NCBI GenBank assembly: GCA_009914755.4
Contig: CP068257.2
Location: forward strand, 2,272,001 to 2,336,000
DNA length: 64,000 nucleotides
Source: the human T2T-CHM13v2.0 reference genome, Homo sapiens
Reading direction: 5' to 3'
Shown here: one piece after another, positions 1 to 13,842 of the stretch
How positions within the stretch are numbered: the first letter of the stretch is position 1
How the letters are laid out: each line of letters starts with the position of its first letter
Notes under the pieces: model-generated
The model's input: the letters and a program-made list of their open reading frames with translations, nothing else
What the model was told of the DNA's origin: nothing
The model's database searches: none
Program-made: the position numbers and the translations under genes

Positions 1-1054
1 AATCACATGTACACATTTTTATTTATTACTGAATTCAGTGAGGGATGCACAATATGTTCTCTTCCTGCCAAATTGGTATTCTCTTACTTACATAACAGAT
101 TCATCCCACCATTCAATCATCTTAGAAGCTCAACTCAACCTCAAAGTTCCTCACATATTCAATCACCTGTTCAAATCCTTCCAACAGATTCCTATCTCAG
201 AATAAAAGTAAAATTCCAATGGCCTTTGAGGTCCTAGGTAAACAGGTCTCTACCTCCCTCTCTGACTTCAAAGCTCCTACAACTCCCTCCTGTAATTACT
301 CCATTCCCACTGTATGTGAAGCCTGCCACCCCTCAGTCTGAAAATAGGGATCTAATGCCTTACTCATAAATCACAGGCAGCTACAAGTATCTTTGTACTG
401 AACAAAATTATATTCCAATGATAGCCATTGAGCCTTGAAATAAAAATTAGGAGCTAATTATTAATATAAATATTCAAAGTAAACTATAAATACCAGTGGG
501 AAGACTAAACCAAATATACTTTTGCTAAATATTACCACATGTATCCTAAATTATGATTTTATAACAAGTAGGTGCCTTTAAAACATTACATAGTCATAAA
601 AATTTGTAATTTGACATATTTTCAGATTTGTTAAATTAATATGATTAATAACAAAGATATACCAACTAAAATACATAAAAAGCTACTTAAAGCAAGGTAT
701 TACAAGACACAGCAATACACTTCAGTTCATCTGGGAAATCTAGAATTAAGTGTCAAAGAAAATCAATTAAATTTTAATTTGAAAATACTCATTTCAGGTG
801 TAAACATTTCCATTTATACTTACATTATGGACTTAACATGTGGCAACATAAAGTCATTAAAATTATTATTTCACCAGTACAGAACTATCTACCTTAAAAT
901 ATGACTCTGTGCCTAATAAAATTTCATAGGTGACACAATGTCTTTTCTCAAAGTAAATCATCTCTCACCTCTACCTTTTATTTCCTAGAAATGGGGCACG
1001 TTTCTAAGCTGGTATAGTAAACACGGTTTTCCTTTTTTTTTTATTAAAACAGCT

Positions 1055-1340
1055 TTGTTGAAATATAATTTACATACTATAGAATGTATCTGTTTTAACT
1101 TAAAGTTAAAAGATTTTTTAGTCCATTTACTGAGTTGTGCAGCCATCTCTACAATCCAACTTTACAGCATTTCCATCACTGCAAGATCCCTCACGCCCAT
1201 TAGCAGTCACTACCAGCTTTCAGCCCCAACCCTTTGCAAACATTAGTCTACTTTTTGTCCCTATACGTTTATCTTTTCTGGATGCTTCATGTAAATGGAA
1301 TTATACAGTATGGTAAACACACTTTTTATCCATTGATTTT
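1055..1340 (+). mobile_element. Ancient LINE-1 (L1M-type) 3'-end fragment
   Basis: Resembles the conserved 3'UTR tail of old mammalian L1 (motifs such as ttcatgtaaatggaattatacagtatg and ccattgatttttat). There is no ORF or poly-A, so it is a truncated relic. Confidence 0.35.
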
Positions 1341-1381
1341 TATATTCAACTAAGTTCAACATGTATCCAGAACCAAATGTT

Positions 1382-2345
1382 TTAAATTTTCTTTCTAAAA
1401 GTTTGAAAATATTTATCTTCCTTGATACTTACTACTCTTTCTGCTTTCTCTCTCTCATATTGAAAGAGACTTTCTTTTAAATGATCACATTCATTCATTA
1501 GCTTCTTATTTTTCTCTTCTAGCATGTGGTCTTTCTTTCCACTCTCAATAAAGCCTCTTTGGATATTAGTTACTCTCTCTTTATGATCCTCTTTCTGATG
1601 AACATCATCTAGTTGCTGTTCAATGCACGGATTTTCATGTTGGAGTTGACATATCCTCTCTTCTACACAGCTCCACTTTCCAGTGGAATTATTCACTTTA
1701 GCTTCTGCATTTTCATACATCTCTTTCATTTCCTTTGTTTGCTGCTGTGTTTGGCTTAGGTCGTTTGGAGAGTTTCTAAAGCCAATGACTTTTTTCTGAG
1801 AGTATCTCTTTTCTTACGGAACTTATCTTTTAAGGTATTGAATTTAATTTGCTTTTTAGAAAGTTGCTCAGTAAGAAACTCATTCTTATCTTCTACTTCG
1901 GAAATATCAGAACTCATTTTTACTTGTACGGAAACATCTTGTGTTCACTCTAATGCAAGTTTTAGGTTTCTTTCTGTTTTCACACTTTCACTGTACTTAC
2001 TTATAGCAGCAGTCAGTCTAGACTGATGATTCAATTTCAGCTTCCAGTCTTTTGTTGCTTTCTTCTTCCTTCAACAGTTCGGAATTGAGCCTTGTATTCT
2101 CAGCTTTGAGATCATTAAGCTCTTGTTGATACCGGAATGCTGTTTTTGTTATCAATTCCTCACTGAGTTTTATATACTTTTCAAGGGCAGCATTTGTTTT
2201 TTTAACAATTTTAGCGTCCTTAAGATATTTATTTTCTTTTTCCAGGTTGTCATTTTTCATGTGCATATTTCCTGTCGGAGTATAGCAATATCTGTCTTCA
2301 AAATGCAATTTTCATCCATCAGATCTTTCATTTCTTCCTGATTAT
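1382..2345 (-). pseudogene. Exon-like coiled-coil block related to the ANKRD26/POTE/CCDC144-family C-terminal coiled coil; frameshifted
   Basis: Minus-strand ORFs 2018..2308 and 1382..1729, plus the out-of-frame stretch between them, translate as one continuous coiled coil. The run is HNQEEMKDLMDENCILKTDIAILRQEI, then LEKENKYLKDAKIVKK...AENTRLNSELLKEEESNKRLEAEIESS, then SRLTAAIS (other frame), then MKEMYENAEAKVN...LEEKNKKLMNECDHLKESLFQYEREKAE. I recall this as colinear with the ANKRD26-like C-terminal coiled coil ([45 protein letters not shown]...AENTMLTSKLKEKQDKEILEAEIESHHPRLASAV...MKEAEHMYQNE...LLKEKNEEIFNYNNHLKNRIYQYEKEKAETE). A polypyrimidine-AG acceptor (ttttgttttatttag) abuts the 5' end at 2346-2360. 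There are at least two frame disruptions, one a stop plus 1-nt shift near 2018 and another near 1730-1760. Confidence 0.45.
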
Positions 2346-2566
2346 GAAAATCCTAAATAAAACAAAAGAAAGTTTTAGCTAGTACTCAATAAAATATCAT
2401 GATTACCTCTGAAGTTAAAGAATAACCTGCACATCCATATACTAAAAAGATTACTGTAAGTGGATATCCAACTGGAGAAAAAGTTGAAGCAAAACTTTGT
2501 ACTTTATAGAGCATAAGTTCCAAAAAGTTCAGAAATTTATTTAAAGTCAATGAATTTATAAAAGTA

Positions 2567-2590
2567 AACACACACACACACACGCACACC
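2567..2590. repeat. (CA)n microsatellite
   Basis: acacacacacacacgcacacc run. Confidence 0.85.
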
Positions 2591-3504
2591 AGAGAATTTT
2601 TAAGAATTTCAGAATTGGAAAAGCCTTTCCCTGAATTACAACAAACTCAAAAGCATAAATTAAAGCATTAACAAATTTGACTAAATTAAAATATATCAAA
2701 AATTGCATTTACACTTTGATATCTAACCCATACACCACCCTATAGTAAGAACCTTATTTCACACATATTTGGACAGATAAAATTTCCCAGAGTTATTACA
2801 GTTCTGTTTCACTGATAACATTCTATTTTAATTTGACTCTTTTAACACTTTTATAGTCAGTTGAAAGAATTACATTTACTAAATCATAAATCTAGACATT
2901 ATACTAGTCACTCCTATATACATTCATTGATGAACTCATCTAGTTACCACAAATTTGAAAAAGAAATGTTAAAAATATAAGCAAGCTACAGGATTTTCCC
3001 CAGGACTTCTTACTCTACTTCTAGTTCTCTGACAGATCACAGTTACTTCTGTGGTGTAAATGTATCAATACGAAAGAAAACTTTTATTTCAAAACACCAA
3101 TGGTAAATAAGATAAAATTTATAGAGCTCTTCTTAGAATATCATGAGATTATTTGTGATTGCAATAATTTGTTTCCTCTTTATAGTATTAGGTACAGTAA
3201 TCAATATGAAATGGCGGGAAGTACAAGGAACAATTTTACTGGGAACAAAATCTTTATCAATAGGTTATCACTAAGTATATATTATGGCATATTATTGTTT
3301 TCAAAAGCTCTTTGTAATAAAATAATATCCTATGTGGATGCCAAGATTTATAATAAAAATAATTGTACCTGTAAGTGTCATCATTCATTTTTTAAAAATG
3401 AGATAACATTTCTGGTTTGTTTTAGACCAAAATATTATATATTAAATCAAGAGGATATTATAAGTAACATTGATAAAATAAAGTTTAAAATATAGAATTT
3501 TTAC

Positions 3505-3660
3505 CAAAGATTGATTTATCTGATTTGGAGTATTTCTTGTAGTCTTCGGTTTCATCTCTAGTGATTCAATAGTTGGTTCAAGTTGTTTTGCTTCAACTTC
3601 TTTCTTATATTGTTTCTCTTTCCTTTCTAATTCTTCTCTATTTTTTTGTACAGCATATTA
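3505..3660 (-). other. Candidate upstream exon of the same coiled-coil gene fragment
   Basis: Minus-strand reading gives ELERKEKQYKKEVEAKQLEPTIESLEMKPKTTRNTPNQINQSLVKI. It ends at a GGTAAAA 5' splice donor (RC of 3505-3511). The 1.16-kb gap to the acceptor at 2346-2360 is intron-sized. Confidence 0.25.
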
Positions 3661-4745
3661 ACATTTGTTTTTTCTTCACTTTCTTGTCTTAAGATGCATC
3701 TGCAGACAAAGACATTTATCTTAAAATTCATTTTGTTAAAAAATAAAGAGATCATCCTGTGATCTACCTCTGCAGATGCTCTTTATCATCCTAGTAAAAT
3801 TTCTATGTTCTGGATTATTTTTCCTTTGTAGTTCTCAAATATTTAATTTCTCACTTCAACATCTTCAAACGAATGCATATACTTGAAAAGTAGTAAGGAA
3901 AGAATATTCTGCTAAAGTTTTTATTACTAGTCACTCTAGTATGTATTATACAAAAAGATACTGGAAATAATTCAGTATAGTTAGAAGTTCAAAACTACCT
4001 TTTCAAATCACACAGTCATAATTACTACCTGATTAGAAAAGGTCATTTACAATCAACTAAATTTTTAAAGTTACTATTTATTGACAAGCGTATAAGTTCA
4101 CTAGAAATAAGTTTTCATCTCTATGAAATATTGCAGGTGTCTCTCCAAATGATTTACAGAGTAAGATGTCTCTCACACAAACTATATCTGCAGATTATTG
4201 TCATCTAAAACTAGGCTAAAGAGTCTAACATCTGTTACCCCACACTTTTTCTAATTCTTTCTTAATACTTCCAATTCACCTTCTTATTACATATATTTTA
4301 TATATTTATTAAGCTATTGTTCATTATGTGTAATATATAATTAATGCCCTTAATAAGTGTGTGTATGTTTACACAAGTTATGTTTTCCTGTGAAATCTAG
4401 TCCCAGAAGTGGAGTTGTTGAGTTAAAGGGATGTCAGGTTATTTGAAATTTTGATAAACAGCACTAAGTTACCCTTCAGAAATAATTTACCAATTTCATA
4501 TACCAACAGTGTATGAGAATGCCTTTTTCCTCTCATTTTCAATGGTAGGAATTACTTTTTCAATATCAGCATGACTTTACAAAATATATCTTATTTTATG
4601 TTAATTTGCATTTTTCTGATTACCAGGCAGGGCTAAATATCCCTGGTAAAACTATAAAACTTTTTAATCATAATGAACATTAGTCCAATTTTGAATTAGT
4701 TTATAGCACAATGACAATTATCTGCTGAGAAATACTGCTATAGGT

Positions 4746-5047
<302 letters not shown>

Positions 5048-7049
5048 CTGCTATAGGCTTACTTACCTATCATGCTCTTCCTTCAGTTTCTTGGGAAATT
5101 GCTGAGGATACGTTTTCCCAATCTTTCTTTCTTTGGTTAATCTGTCAGCAGCAGCAGAAGATGTACTATGACATACATTTTTCTGATAGTTGTATTTTTT
5201 CACTTTTGTTTGTATTATTTCCTTCTTTGACCTTTAATAAAAGTAATATGAATATTAATTATTATTTTATTCAATAAAAAAACTTTTTCCCTGATTTTTT
5301 AACTTGATTCAGGTTAACTATCACCATTTTAATGATAAAAGTATTTTGTGCTTACTTTAATTTTATCATTATACATAATAATTATAAGATACTCATCATT
5401 TTATCATTGAAATTTTTGTCAAGTCTGCTCATTTCTGTTTGAGTGAATGGAAGAATTTTCCAAAATTTCAAAAAGGACTCTTCTCCATTTTTTGCTTTTA
5501 TTCGCATCCACTCTTTGCTATCTGATATAAATGTTTATGCTAGTTGACTGGCAGAAACAGAGAAATAAAAACACACAGGCATAACATATATCTTCTGTCA
5601 TTGCCACATGGATTTTACATGAAGTAGCCAGATTAAGAGGATGTAACCTTGTAGGCCTTCAAGAACAGTAAAGAAGTTTTCCCTTTTCTGCACTGAGCTA
5701 TTCTTTTCCCCACTGCCTTTTATCTCTTTTTTTTTTTTTTGAATCCTGGGATATCAAAAAAGTGAAAGTTCTCCCTGAACTATGGGAACCAATGTTTGTT
5801 TGCCACAACACAAGAAGCAGAGTGAAACTGCTGAGTTTCTAGTGCAGAATTCTGGAAAACGAGATGCTTCCCAGATTTCACATTCAATTACCACAAATGT
5901 TTATAGGTGGAACACATATGGTACAGTTATCTACTTAAGCCATATTATCTACTGAAAACGGGAGTCAAACCAACCAAGACATATGAAATGTTTCATCCAG
6001 AGCTCTTGAGGCGGCATTCCCTAGCATTTCATGGCACCAAATAACATGATACAATTCCATGTTGCTGAATTACATAAATTACCAGATAAATTTATCAAAT
6101 TAGTCAGATATATTAAAAGTCTAACTTGAGCAAAGCAATTTAACACCTCAGAGGGTGGAAAAAGGCCTCATCTACTTTTACTTTGAAAGAAGAAAATCTC
6201 TAGATTTTTGTCTATCTTTAGAACACAGGGTACAGAACTCAACTTTCTACTAAAGAGTCAAAGGTTAAATTTTTAGCTAAGAAATTATGCTTCTTACATG
6301 ATAAAAATCATACATGCCAAAACTTACCATACTTTATTAAACAACATAATGTAAGGTCTGATTCAACAGAAATATTGGAGTGGTGATTTTTTAAAATATG
6401 TGGAAGTATATATTTGTTTTCAAAATATTAGAAATAACCATGATGGAACTATAAATTCAAACAGTTTGAGCTAAGCAGATAAACTTGCATGCATGAAAAC
6501 ACATTAAACAGACTCATTTGGCTGGGAATATTCATTGCAACTCTCAAGGCTAGAAGTGTTTTTGTGACTCATCTCAGTCATTGCTTCCCTCCCATTGTAT
6601 TCCCATTCTATCATTAAATAAATGTAATTCATCTCTAAATGACTATAGTAAAAAGAATCTAGAATCTAAAACTTATTTCTTTAGCAATTTCTTTATGTTG
6701 ATCTGGTTCAGAAGGTCACATGGTATATGGCTGAATTAGTTTCCCAGCTCATATGCCACTTGGAAGACTGAGAGTGAGAATTAGGTTGATTAATGAACAA
6801 ACATTATGAGAACATTCTCCAGAACCGTTGTTTAGATAGCAGGACTAGTCTACTTTGACACATAATTACACATTTAGAAAACCCCGCTGTAACTGTACAC
6901 ATGGGATTTTCTTGAATAGAAAATTTGACTAAATCAAATAATTGATAAAGAGAAAAAAGAAGCAGCAAGTGAACCTCTGTCTTTTTGAAGTTGGACTTTC
7001 TCTTTCTCCAAAGCCAGGAACTCTACTTGTAACATGCCTACCTCATTCT

Positions 7050-7134
7050 TTTTACTATTATTATACTTTAAATTCTGGTACATGTGCACAATGTGCAGGT
7101 TTGTTACATATGTATACATGTGCTATGTTAGTGA
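7050..7134 (-). mobile_element. Short L1 3'-terminal fragment
   Basis: Reverse complement of the L1PA 3' end (actttaaattctggtacatgtgcacaatgtgcaggtttgttacatatgtatacatgtgc). Confidence 0.45.
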
Positions 7135-9863
7135 CCTTGAAATATCTTGCTGTAAGTTTCTAGCTATATTTTTGATGTTCTCTCACTATGTGGCAAAGAA
7201 TAACCCGGATTTTATAATTCAAGATTCATGGTTTTGTAGTTATTAACACTGGGATTGTCATTCAGTGGCTTCTGGAATAAGCATTGTGTTGGTTTTCTGT
7301 TTTTATAAGTATCTGTAGCAGCAGAAATACTGTGGCTTTCTATCTGAATCATATGCTTCATTTCTTTGGGGTGGGTAAACCACAAATCAAAAAGACTTTC
7401 TGGATCTCTAGACTGAGACCAATGCCTAATGTCTAATTTCCAATTAGTGGTATTTGGGTTTATATATTTTTCCATTTGCATGTCAAACTCTTAATCATCT
7501 TTCATTTCAATCATAATTACTGGGTTCCTTACTTTTTCAGTTTCTATATCATAACAAAAATTTTCATCATCTGTGTTAGAAACAAGCTGTGTGTCTGGTT
7601 TGTTATCATTTTTATAGTCTGATTTATTTTAATTTGAATGAAGCTTAGAAGATGACTGGTAAGTGTATTTCAGGGACCTGGAGTGTGAATGGAATAAAAA
7701 GACATTTGACATGGGCTTCCTCTGTTCAGGCGCTGCCTGGACTGCCACAGAGCTAGACCCTCCAGATACATTTTTCTCCTCACAATCAGGGACATGATTC
7801 ATCAGACTAGAGGGCACTCCTTTTTTGTTCATCCCTCTTTAGAGTTACCATGTAGGAGCTCTTCCTCAGGGCAAGCAGTAATTTTGGAGTTTTCAGAACT
7901 TTTACCAATATTCAGCTTGAACTTGTTTGTAATGAATTTTAAAGAAAGTCATGAATATATAGATTGATTCCCCTTATCACTGTTCTTACCCAGTTCTGAT
8001 TCTTGAGACTTTTTTTGGTGGAGGGCAGGTGCAAAATGGAAAACAAATTTGCTTGTTTTGTTTCTCAGATGTCTTTTCTGTCAGAGTGCATGTTTTAAAA
8101 TTAGCTTTAATCAAGTATAAACAAAGAAATATTAGAAAATAATTAAAATTTAACTGTGAAACTTAATCTATGTGTTGCTACTCTTAAATTATGGGATTGT
8201 AACTAAAAAGTGAAAAATAATTTGCCTTGGCTTAACATAGGACAGAAACATGAACCAGCAAGCTGAACTCTCAGTGTCTGTTTGGACTAAACTTAATGCA
8301 TTTGTGTAAAATCTACCAGAAATGAATTCAAAGATGATAGGTAGTATTATAAAAGCTTCCTCTCTTACAAAGACTTTACCTCAGCATACCAGAAAGAGTG
8401 AGCCCCTACAGTGCATGTTTATTTCTGAAGATTAACTAGAGCACTAGGCAAACACTAAATTATTAAGAGCTAAACTGAACACCAATAAGAAAGAGAAGCA
8501 AAATTTTAAATTCTAATTCAAATGATATACTATGATAGTGTTATGTATCTAGATAGAATTTCTGCTTATATCCGCTTCTAATATATTTTAAGTTCCGGTA
8601 GTGATAGGGTTTGGATTTTTTAAATTTTAGTAATGTTTACTATGTATTTATGTTGAAATAAAGTTATTGTTCACACCCTGACACCAAAGATCCCATTCTG
8701 CAAGGTAGGATTCTCTTAATAGGCAACTGCATTGACTTTTATGACCCCATTCACTCCCTGAACACAGACACAGAAGTCAACTGGTGACCACAAAACAGAA
8801 TAAATCTTTAACCTCGGCACTGGTGACCAGCAATATAAAACTGCAACGTTTGAAGCACTGGCAATGATGACTCCTTTAACACTAGTTTAACTCAGTGGCC
8901 ATTGTTGTTAAACTGTTCATAATTTCTATTCCTCAGTAATATGACCCAATACTTCATGTTACCTTGTGTATTATGAGTAAGGTTATATAAATAAAACAGC
9001 AAGATAATTCTGAAAATTTCTTGCCTCAATTCCAAGGGTAAAGACAGCTATGAGTTACTAGAGATACTAAGAATTACTAGAATAACTAATAGTTACTAGA
9101 GATAGTAAGAATATCTTAAGTTTCATAACTGGTTAAGATGTTTTAAAAATTACATATAAAATTATGATCTATTGGATTCTAAAGGTATAGTCTGAAAGGT
9201 CATGTCATTTGGACTATGCTTTGTTAGTAAAGCAAAAAATAAAACCTAATATTAAACAAGAACTTACATTTTCATATACCTGTGATTGCTTCTTTTCACT
9301 TCTTTCACACCTTTCTTGCTCTTCCTCTAAAGCCACTGGTAAGGTTTGTTCTGTTGACAAATTCATTGATTTAGTTCAAATGAACTAAGAAGAGTTAAAG
9401 ACTATAATCTTTATAAAAATAAATAGAGAATAACATTTCTTTGTATTTTATATTTTGAGAGTTTGAATGAAACAATGTTTACTGAAATATTTACTTCTGT
9501 AAGAAATACTTCTAATTATCCAAAACTTCAACAAACCACTTGGGGAGACACCAGATATCACCAGATTCAAGCCATGCAAAATCTCAGGGTCACTCACAAA
9601 TTGTTCCACCCAACATAAGTCAACAAAACTGTTAGAAACAAAACAGAAATTTGAAATACAGTCAAAATATACAATGTAATGCTTTACTATACTTCATAAC
9701 AGTATCTTTTTAACAAGACACTAATTGAGTTGGCAGTTACTAATAATTTGCAAAATTATTGTTCTTTATACCTCAATTAGTGTGCACCCCATTTTTTACA
9801 TCACAAATGTTTTCCCCTGCTATTCTGAAAAATTTATTTTCATCTTTTAAGACTCAGAAAGTA

Positions 9864-10158
9864 GGCTGGGCATAATAGCTCACATCTGTAATCCCAGCAC
9901 TTTGGAAGGCCAAAATGGGAGAATTGCTCAAGGCCAAGAGTTTAAGACCAGCCTGGGAACCATAGGTAACCTTGACTCTACAAAAAATTAGACAGGTATG
10001 GTGATATGTTCCTGTTGTCCCCGCTACTCAAGAAGCTTAGATGAGAAGATCCCTCGAGCCCAGGAGTCTGAGGTTTCAGTGAGTCTCAATCATGTCATTG
10101 CACTCCAATCCTGGGTGATAGAGTAAGAACTTGTCTCCAAAAAGAGGAAAAAAAAAAG
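9864..10158 (+). mobile_element. Alu (older, AluJ-like)
   Basis: Starts ggctgggcataatagctcacatctgtaatcccagcactttgg and ends A-rich. Confidence 0.85.
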
Positions 10159-10702
10159 GCTCAGAATGCTTTGTGAAATCTTCCTTGATTCTAGCTATCT
10201 TTCTCCACACACACAGGTGTCTGCTTCGTTGGGGTCCCTTAGTACCTTGTCAATTTTTCTAGTGTCACTTTACCACCTGACCTGCACATCATGTCTTTAC
10301 ATGTTGACCCCTTTGCTGCTAGACTGTAGAGGACAATCTTTTGAATCATCTTTGTATAAACAGTCTTAATTTTGCTAAATAATTACTTATTGAGTTCCTG
10401 CTAAGTGTTAGGCACTGGGGAATAAGGAAGGAAAATAGAAGCTGTCGGGGATGGCTTTCCTAAAGATCATCCATGAGCTGAGACTTAGAGAGTGAGGTTA
10501 GCCAGATTAAGCGAGGCAGAGGGCAGGAAAGGGTGAGCACATGCCAGGCAGCAACAAGAGAAGACAAGAAGCCTCCAAGAGAGTATGTATTTCTCTGCAG
10601 AAGAGGAATGGTGAGGGGGCCATTACCAGCAGCTCGGTAATTCCAGAGAAAAAGGCAGATGGGGAAAGGGATACAGATGGAGATTTGGGCAGAAATCAGT
10701 TT

Positions 10703-10997
10703 CCTTTTCTTTTCTTTTTTGGGACAAGGTTATACTCTGTCTCCCAGACTGGAGGGCAGTGGCATGATCTCAGCTTACTGCAACCCGGCCTCCCAAGTTC
10801 AAGTAATTCTCCTGCCTCAGCCTCCTGAGTAGCTGAGATTACAGGTGCGTGCCACTACCACCTGCTAATTTTTGTATTTTATTAGAGATGGGGTTTCACC
10901 TTGTTGGCCAGGCTGGTCTTGAACTCCTGACCTCAAATGATCCACTTGCCTCAGCCTCCCAAAGTGCTGGGATCACAGACATGAGCCACCGTGCCCT
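10703..10997 (-). mobile_element. Alu
   Basis: Poly-T head, then gggacaaggttatactctgtctcccag, ending ...ctgggatcacagacatgagccaccgtgccc. Confidence 0.85.
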
Positions 10998-11431
10998 ACC
11001 CAGAAGTCAGTTTCTGAAATCCTTATATAAACCTTTAAGATGCTTGGACATTAGGTATTCAGGACCGGTTCACGGATCTATTTGCATTAGGGATAATTCA
11101 CTCTAAATGCTGTGAGGAGCATAAAATTCTGAGGCATATAAATCAATGAACAAAGGTAAAATATAAGGCAATGTTGCAAAGATGATGCAGGCCTGAGGAG
11201 ATGTTTTCAGAAATATTTAGGATATAGGTATCAGTGGCCATTATAAGAATGAATTTCTATTGAATAAATAAATGTATATATCTGGGTCCCTGGAGAAATA
11301 CACTCTGCTCATTACTTTACAAATTTTATCAATCAAATGAGAAGTAAAATAATATACATAAACTCTTTCAGTTACTTGTATTTACTTTACCCTTTTTCTG
11401 TTTCAGTTTTACTGTGCCAAGGAAATGCATT

Positions 11432-11469
11432 TGGGTTTTGTGGTGGTTGTTGTGGTTGTGGTTGTGGTT
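11432..11469. repeat. (GTGGTT)n microsatellite at the Alu tail
   Basis: gtggttgtggttgtggttgtggttg. Confidence 0.8.
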
Positions 11470-11763
<294 letters not shown>

Positions 11764-13531
11764 ACATATGGTGATTTTGTTTTAAAAGTTCTGTTTCCTG
11801 GATCTACCAAGCTCATGAGAAAATAGAGCAAACAAGTCATTTGCATAGGTAAGAAACTTTGGATTTATAGCTTGTCCTCACTACTCTAGAAGATTATCAT
11901 CATGTTTTGCAAAGCAAAATGTTAAACACAGACACAAGGGGAAAAAGAAATTAAAACTATAGGGGTGGGTGAAAAAATATTGCATAATTTATTACTGTTG
12001 ACCTCATCATATGACTGATTAAGGGCACTGAATTTAACTTGGATGTGAAGTAGACCTTATATTAGCTGCAGTTAATCAGTAGACCAGGCGTCCTAGCAGA
12101 ATTAAATTTGATGCTCCTGTGTTATCTTTAAATGACACAGCTTTTCTGAAAACCCTTACTCATAGCGCATGATTATCCATTAAGAAAAGGTGATGGAATA
12201 TGTGAATACAGCTGAGGAGACACCACAAGGCAAATGCTCAGTGGTTCCCATTAATATTGGGAAAATCATCACTATAAAACAGAAAGCCATAGACATTATT
12301 TAATATTTGGTTTTGGGAGGTATTTTTAGTGACTCTGCATACAGTTGTACCTAATAATTGTTAAATTAGAGACGTAAAAGTAAAACAAAGGCACATTGTG
12401 TTTGAGTAGGAAATCTATAGACATCTAGCTGGTTTTCCCATCCAGCCACAAAATTCTAAATATAATCATGGTACCTGCACTCAAATTTATGTTAAATACC
12501 AACCTCAATGAAATCACTCTTTCTTCTCATTCTCTTTGTTATTTATATGTTGCTTTCCTTAAGGGAAGAATACAAATGCCTTGCTAAGAACCATTCTGTT
12601 TGGTTGTAGGCTGCATAAGGGGAGTGAACACAAAGTACATTTGACCACAAAATGACTCTTTAAAAGTCAGAACTACGGTAGCATGAAGCCAAACGAGGTA
12701 ATCTACAATAAAATTTTCTATGCTTCTTTTCCTTCTTTGCTCTCTTTCTACTCTAATAACTGCGATTCACACAGGTAATGAAGAGTGTAATTCCTTGATA
12801 GAAACACAGCTCCAAGATTAATCCTTTCTTTAACTATGAAGTTCGCGTGTCCAAAATCTGTGGTAGTTGCTGTCTGATTTTTGATCACTGATGGTGATAC
12901 AGATATTTATCATCAACTCACAACTTCCCAAATCTTTGAAAAGTCTTACTATTGATGGTTCAACTAGTAGAAACATGATGTAAAATATCTGAAAATAAAG
13001 TTTTTATTTATTAGAATGTAAATAATAATACAAATTGTAATAAGGTGTAAAAGTTCTTTCTTCACTGAAGCAGTACCATGTTGTCCTCTACCCCACAAAT
13101 GCACTACTCCCCCGTGGTCTAATGTATTTTAAAAGTCTTGTAATTGCTATTAACTCAGACAAGTTTACTTAACTTGTTCTAAGCTTCTGGTATTTACTAC
13201 AGTTTACTTTCAATCACTCAACCATCTCTGTTATATATGTTGTTTTCCATGAGAAATTTGTTTATTAGTAATTAAGATTCTTCAGGGATAAGAAAATATT
13301 TGAATAACTAAGTTTGTGCATAAACACATTAAGGTCAAATACCCATGACATTATTGTGTGTTTCTGTGTACTAGAGACAAAAACTTCAAAAAAAATTTAA
13401 TGAATATACGTTAAATTAAAAACTGCTTTCATTAAACTGAGATAATCTTCCCTCAATGCATGAATACCTTCAGAATTCACATAGACCAAAGAATTGTATA
13501 AAATATAATAGCCTTAAAAATCTTATTTGTA

Positions 13532-13842
13532 GCTGGCACAGTGGCTCCCACCTGTAATCCCAGCACATTGGCAAGCCGAGGTGGGCAGATCACCTGAGGT
13601 CAGGAGTTCAAGAGCAGCCTGGCCAAACTGGTGAAACCTCATCTCTACTAAAAATAGAAAAATTAGCAGGGTATGGTAGCACGTGCATGTAGTATCAGCT
13701 ACTCGAGGGTCTGAGGCAGGAGAATTGCTTGAACCCGAGAGGCAGAGGTGGTAATGAGCCAAGACTGAGCCACTGCACTCCAGCCTTGGTGATAGAGCAA
13801 GACTCTGCCTCAAAAACACAAACAAACAAACAAACAAAAAAC
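13532..13842 (+). mobile_element. Alu with (CAAA)n tail
   Basis: gctggcacagtggctcccacctgtaatcccagcac ... ctccagccttggtgatagagcaagactctgcctcaaaaacacaaacaaacaaacaaac. Confidence 0.85.

Noticed and set aside
3100-3495. 131-aa plus-strand ORF in AT-rich sequence
   Set aside because: It is extremely AT-rich and low-complexity (Ile, Asn, Lys, Phe, Tyr). It lies in the putative intron of the minus-strand coiled-coil fragment, with no homology and no Kozak or splice context.
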